Of a stretch of DNA of 64,000 nt, positions 63,760-64,000 are shown one piece after another. Each line of letters opens with the position of its first letter. Position 1 is the stretch's first letter. The notes beneath the pieces were generated by a model. It was not told the origin of the DNA and did not search any database. It saw nothing but the letters and a program-made list of their open reading frames with translations. Source of the stretch: Myxococcota bacterium (GTDB lineage: Bacteria; Myxococcota_A; UBA9160; JAFDDA01); assembly GCA_965228475.1 (NCBI GenBank), contig OZ245817.1, positions 2,592,001 to 2,656,000 on the forward strand. Direction: 5' to 3'. Both the position numbers and the translations under genes were made by a program.

Positions 63760-64000
63760 ATGGACCCGCAGAAGAGCTCCCCGCCTCCGCCCTCCCTGCC
63801 CCTCGGCGGGAATCCCCTCGCCAACCCCGCCCTGCTCGAGAACCCCTACCCGTTCTACGCGGCCCTTCGCTCGAACAACCCGATCTTCCGCGTACCCGCG
63901 CCGATCGAGACCGGAGCCGGCATCTTCCTGCTCACGCGCTACGCCGAGGTCGAGGCCGTGCTGCGCGATTCCGACCACGCCTTCAGCGTCCGCCGCACCG
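63760..64000 (+). CDS. Cytochrome P450, N-terminal part (runs off the window)
   Basis: Manual translation MDPQKSS...ENPYPFYAALRSNNPI...FLLTRYAEVEAVLRD...FS is a typical bacterial P450 N-terminus. GAGGA RBS. Heme motif lies outside the window. Confidence 0.75.
   Translation, partial: MDPQKSSPPPPSLPLGGNPLANPALLENPYPFYAALRSNNPIFRVPAPIETGAGIFLLTRYAEVEAVLRDSDHAFSVRRT

Overview
High-GC bacterial chromosomal window. Gene content (serA-purA, GldAFG-like ABC transporter, sigma54 activator, many actinobacterial-style lipid and terpenoid catabolic genes, a flagellin) suggests a Myxococcota/Deltaproteobacteria-like organism; this is an inference only. It holds about 62 CDS and one tRNA-Lys(TTT), with no rRNA, CRISPR array or intact mobile element. 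Blocks: (1) carotenoid oxygenase, Rieske oxygenase and a His-motif membrane/TPR protein; (2) a compositionally atypical patch at the tRNA-Lys 3' end with an RcsF-like lipoprotein fused to a trypsin-like protease, an ImmA/IrrE peptidase, a dead tyrosine-integrase tail and a degenerate att copy; (3) housekeeping purA, serA, aroA and fhs; (4) an envelope locus with a GldA/F/G-like ABC transporter, ExbB/ExbD, a TonB/TolA-like transducer and a 1087-aa secreted protein of about 42 DxDGDG repeats, with no TonB-dependent receptor or TolB/Pal (best candidate for an undescribed system); (5) many small regulator-enzyme modules with visible palindromic operators; (6) an AtuA/acyl-CoA carboxylase/acyl-CoA dehydrogenase cluster followed by an orphan minimal flagellin, a KSI-like protein, an ABC1 kinase and the start of a P450. 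Start codons were trimmed by eye from the ORF track. All family calls come from motif recognition, not database searches.
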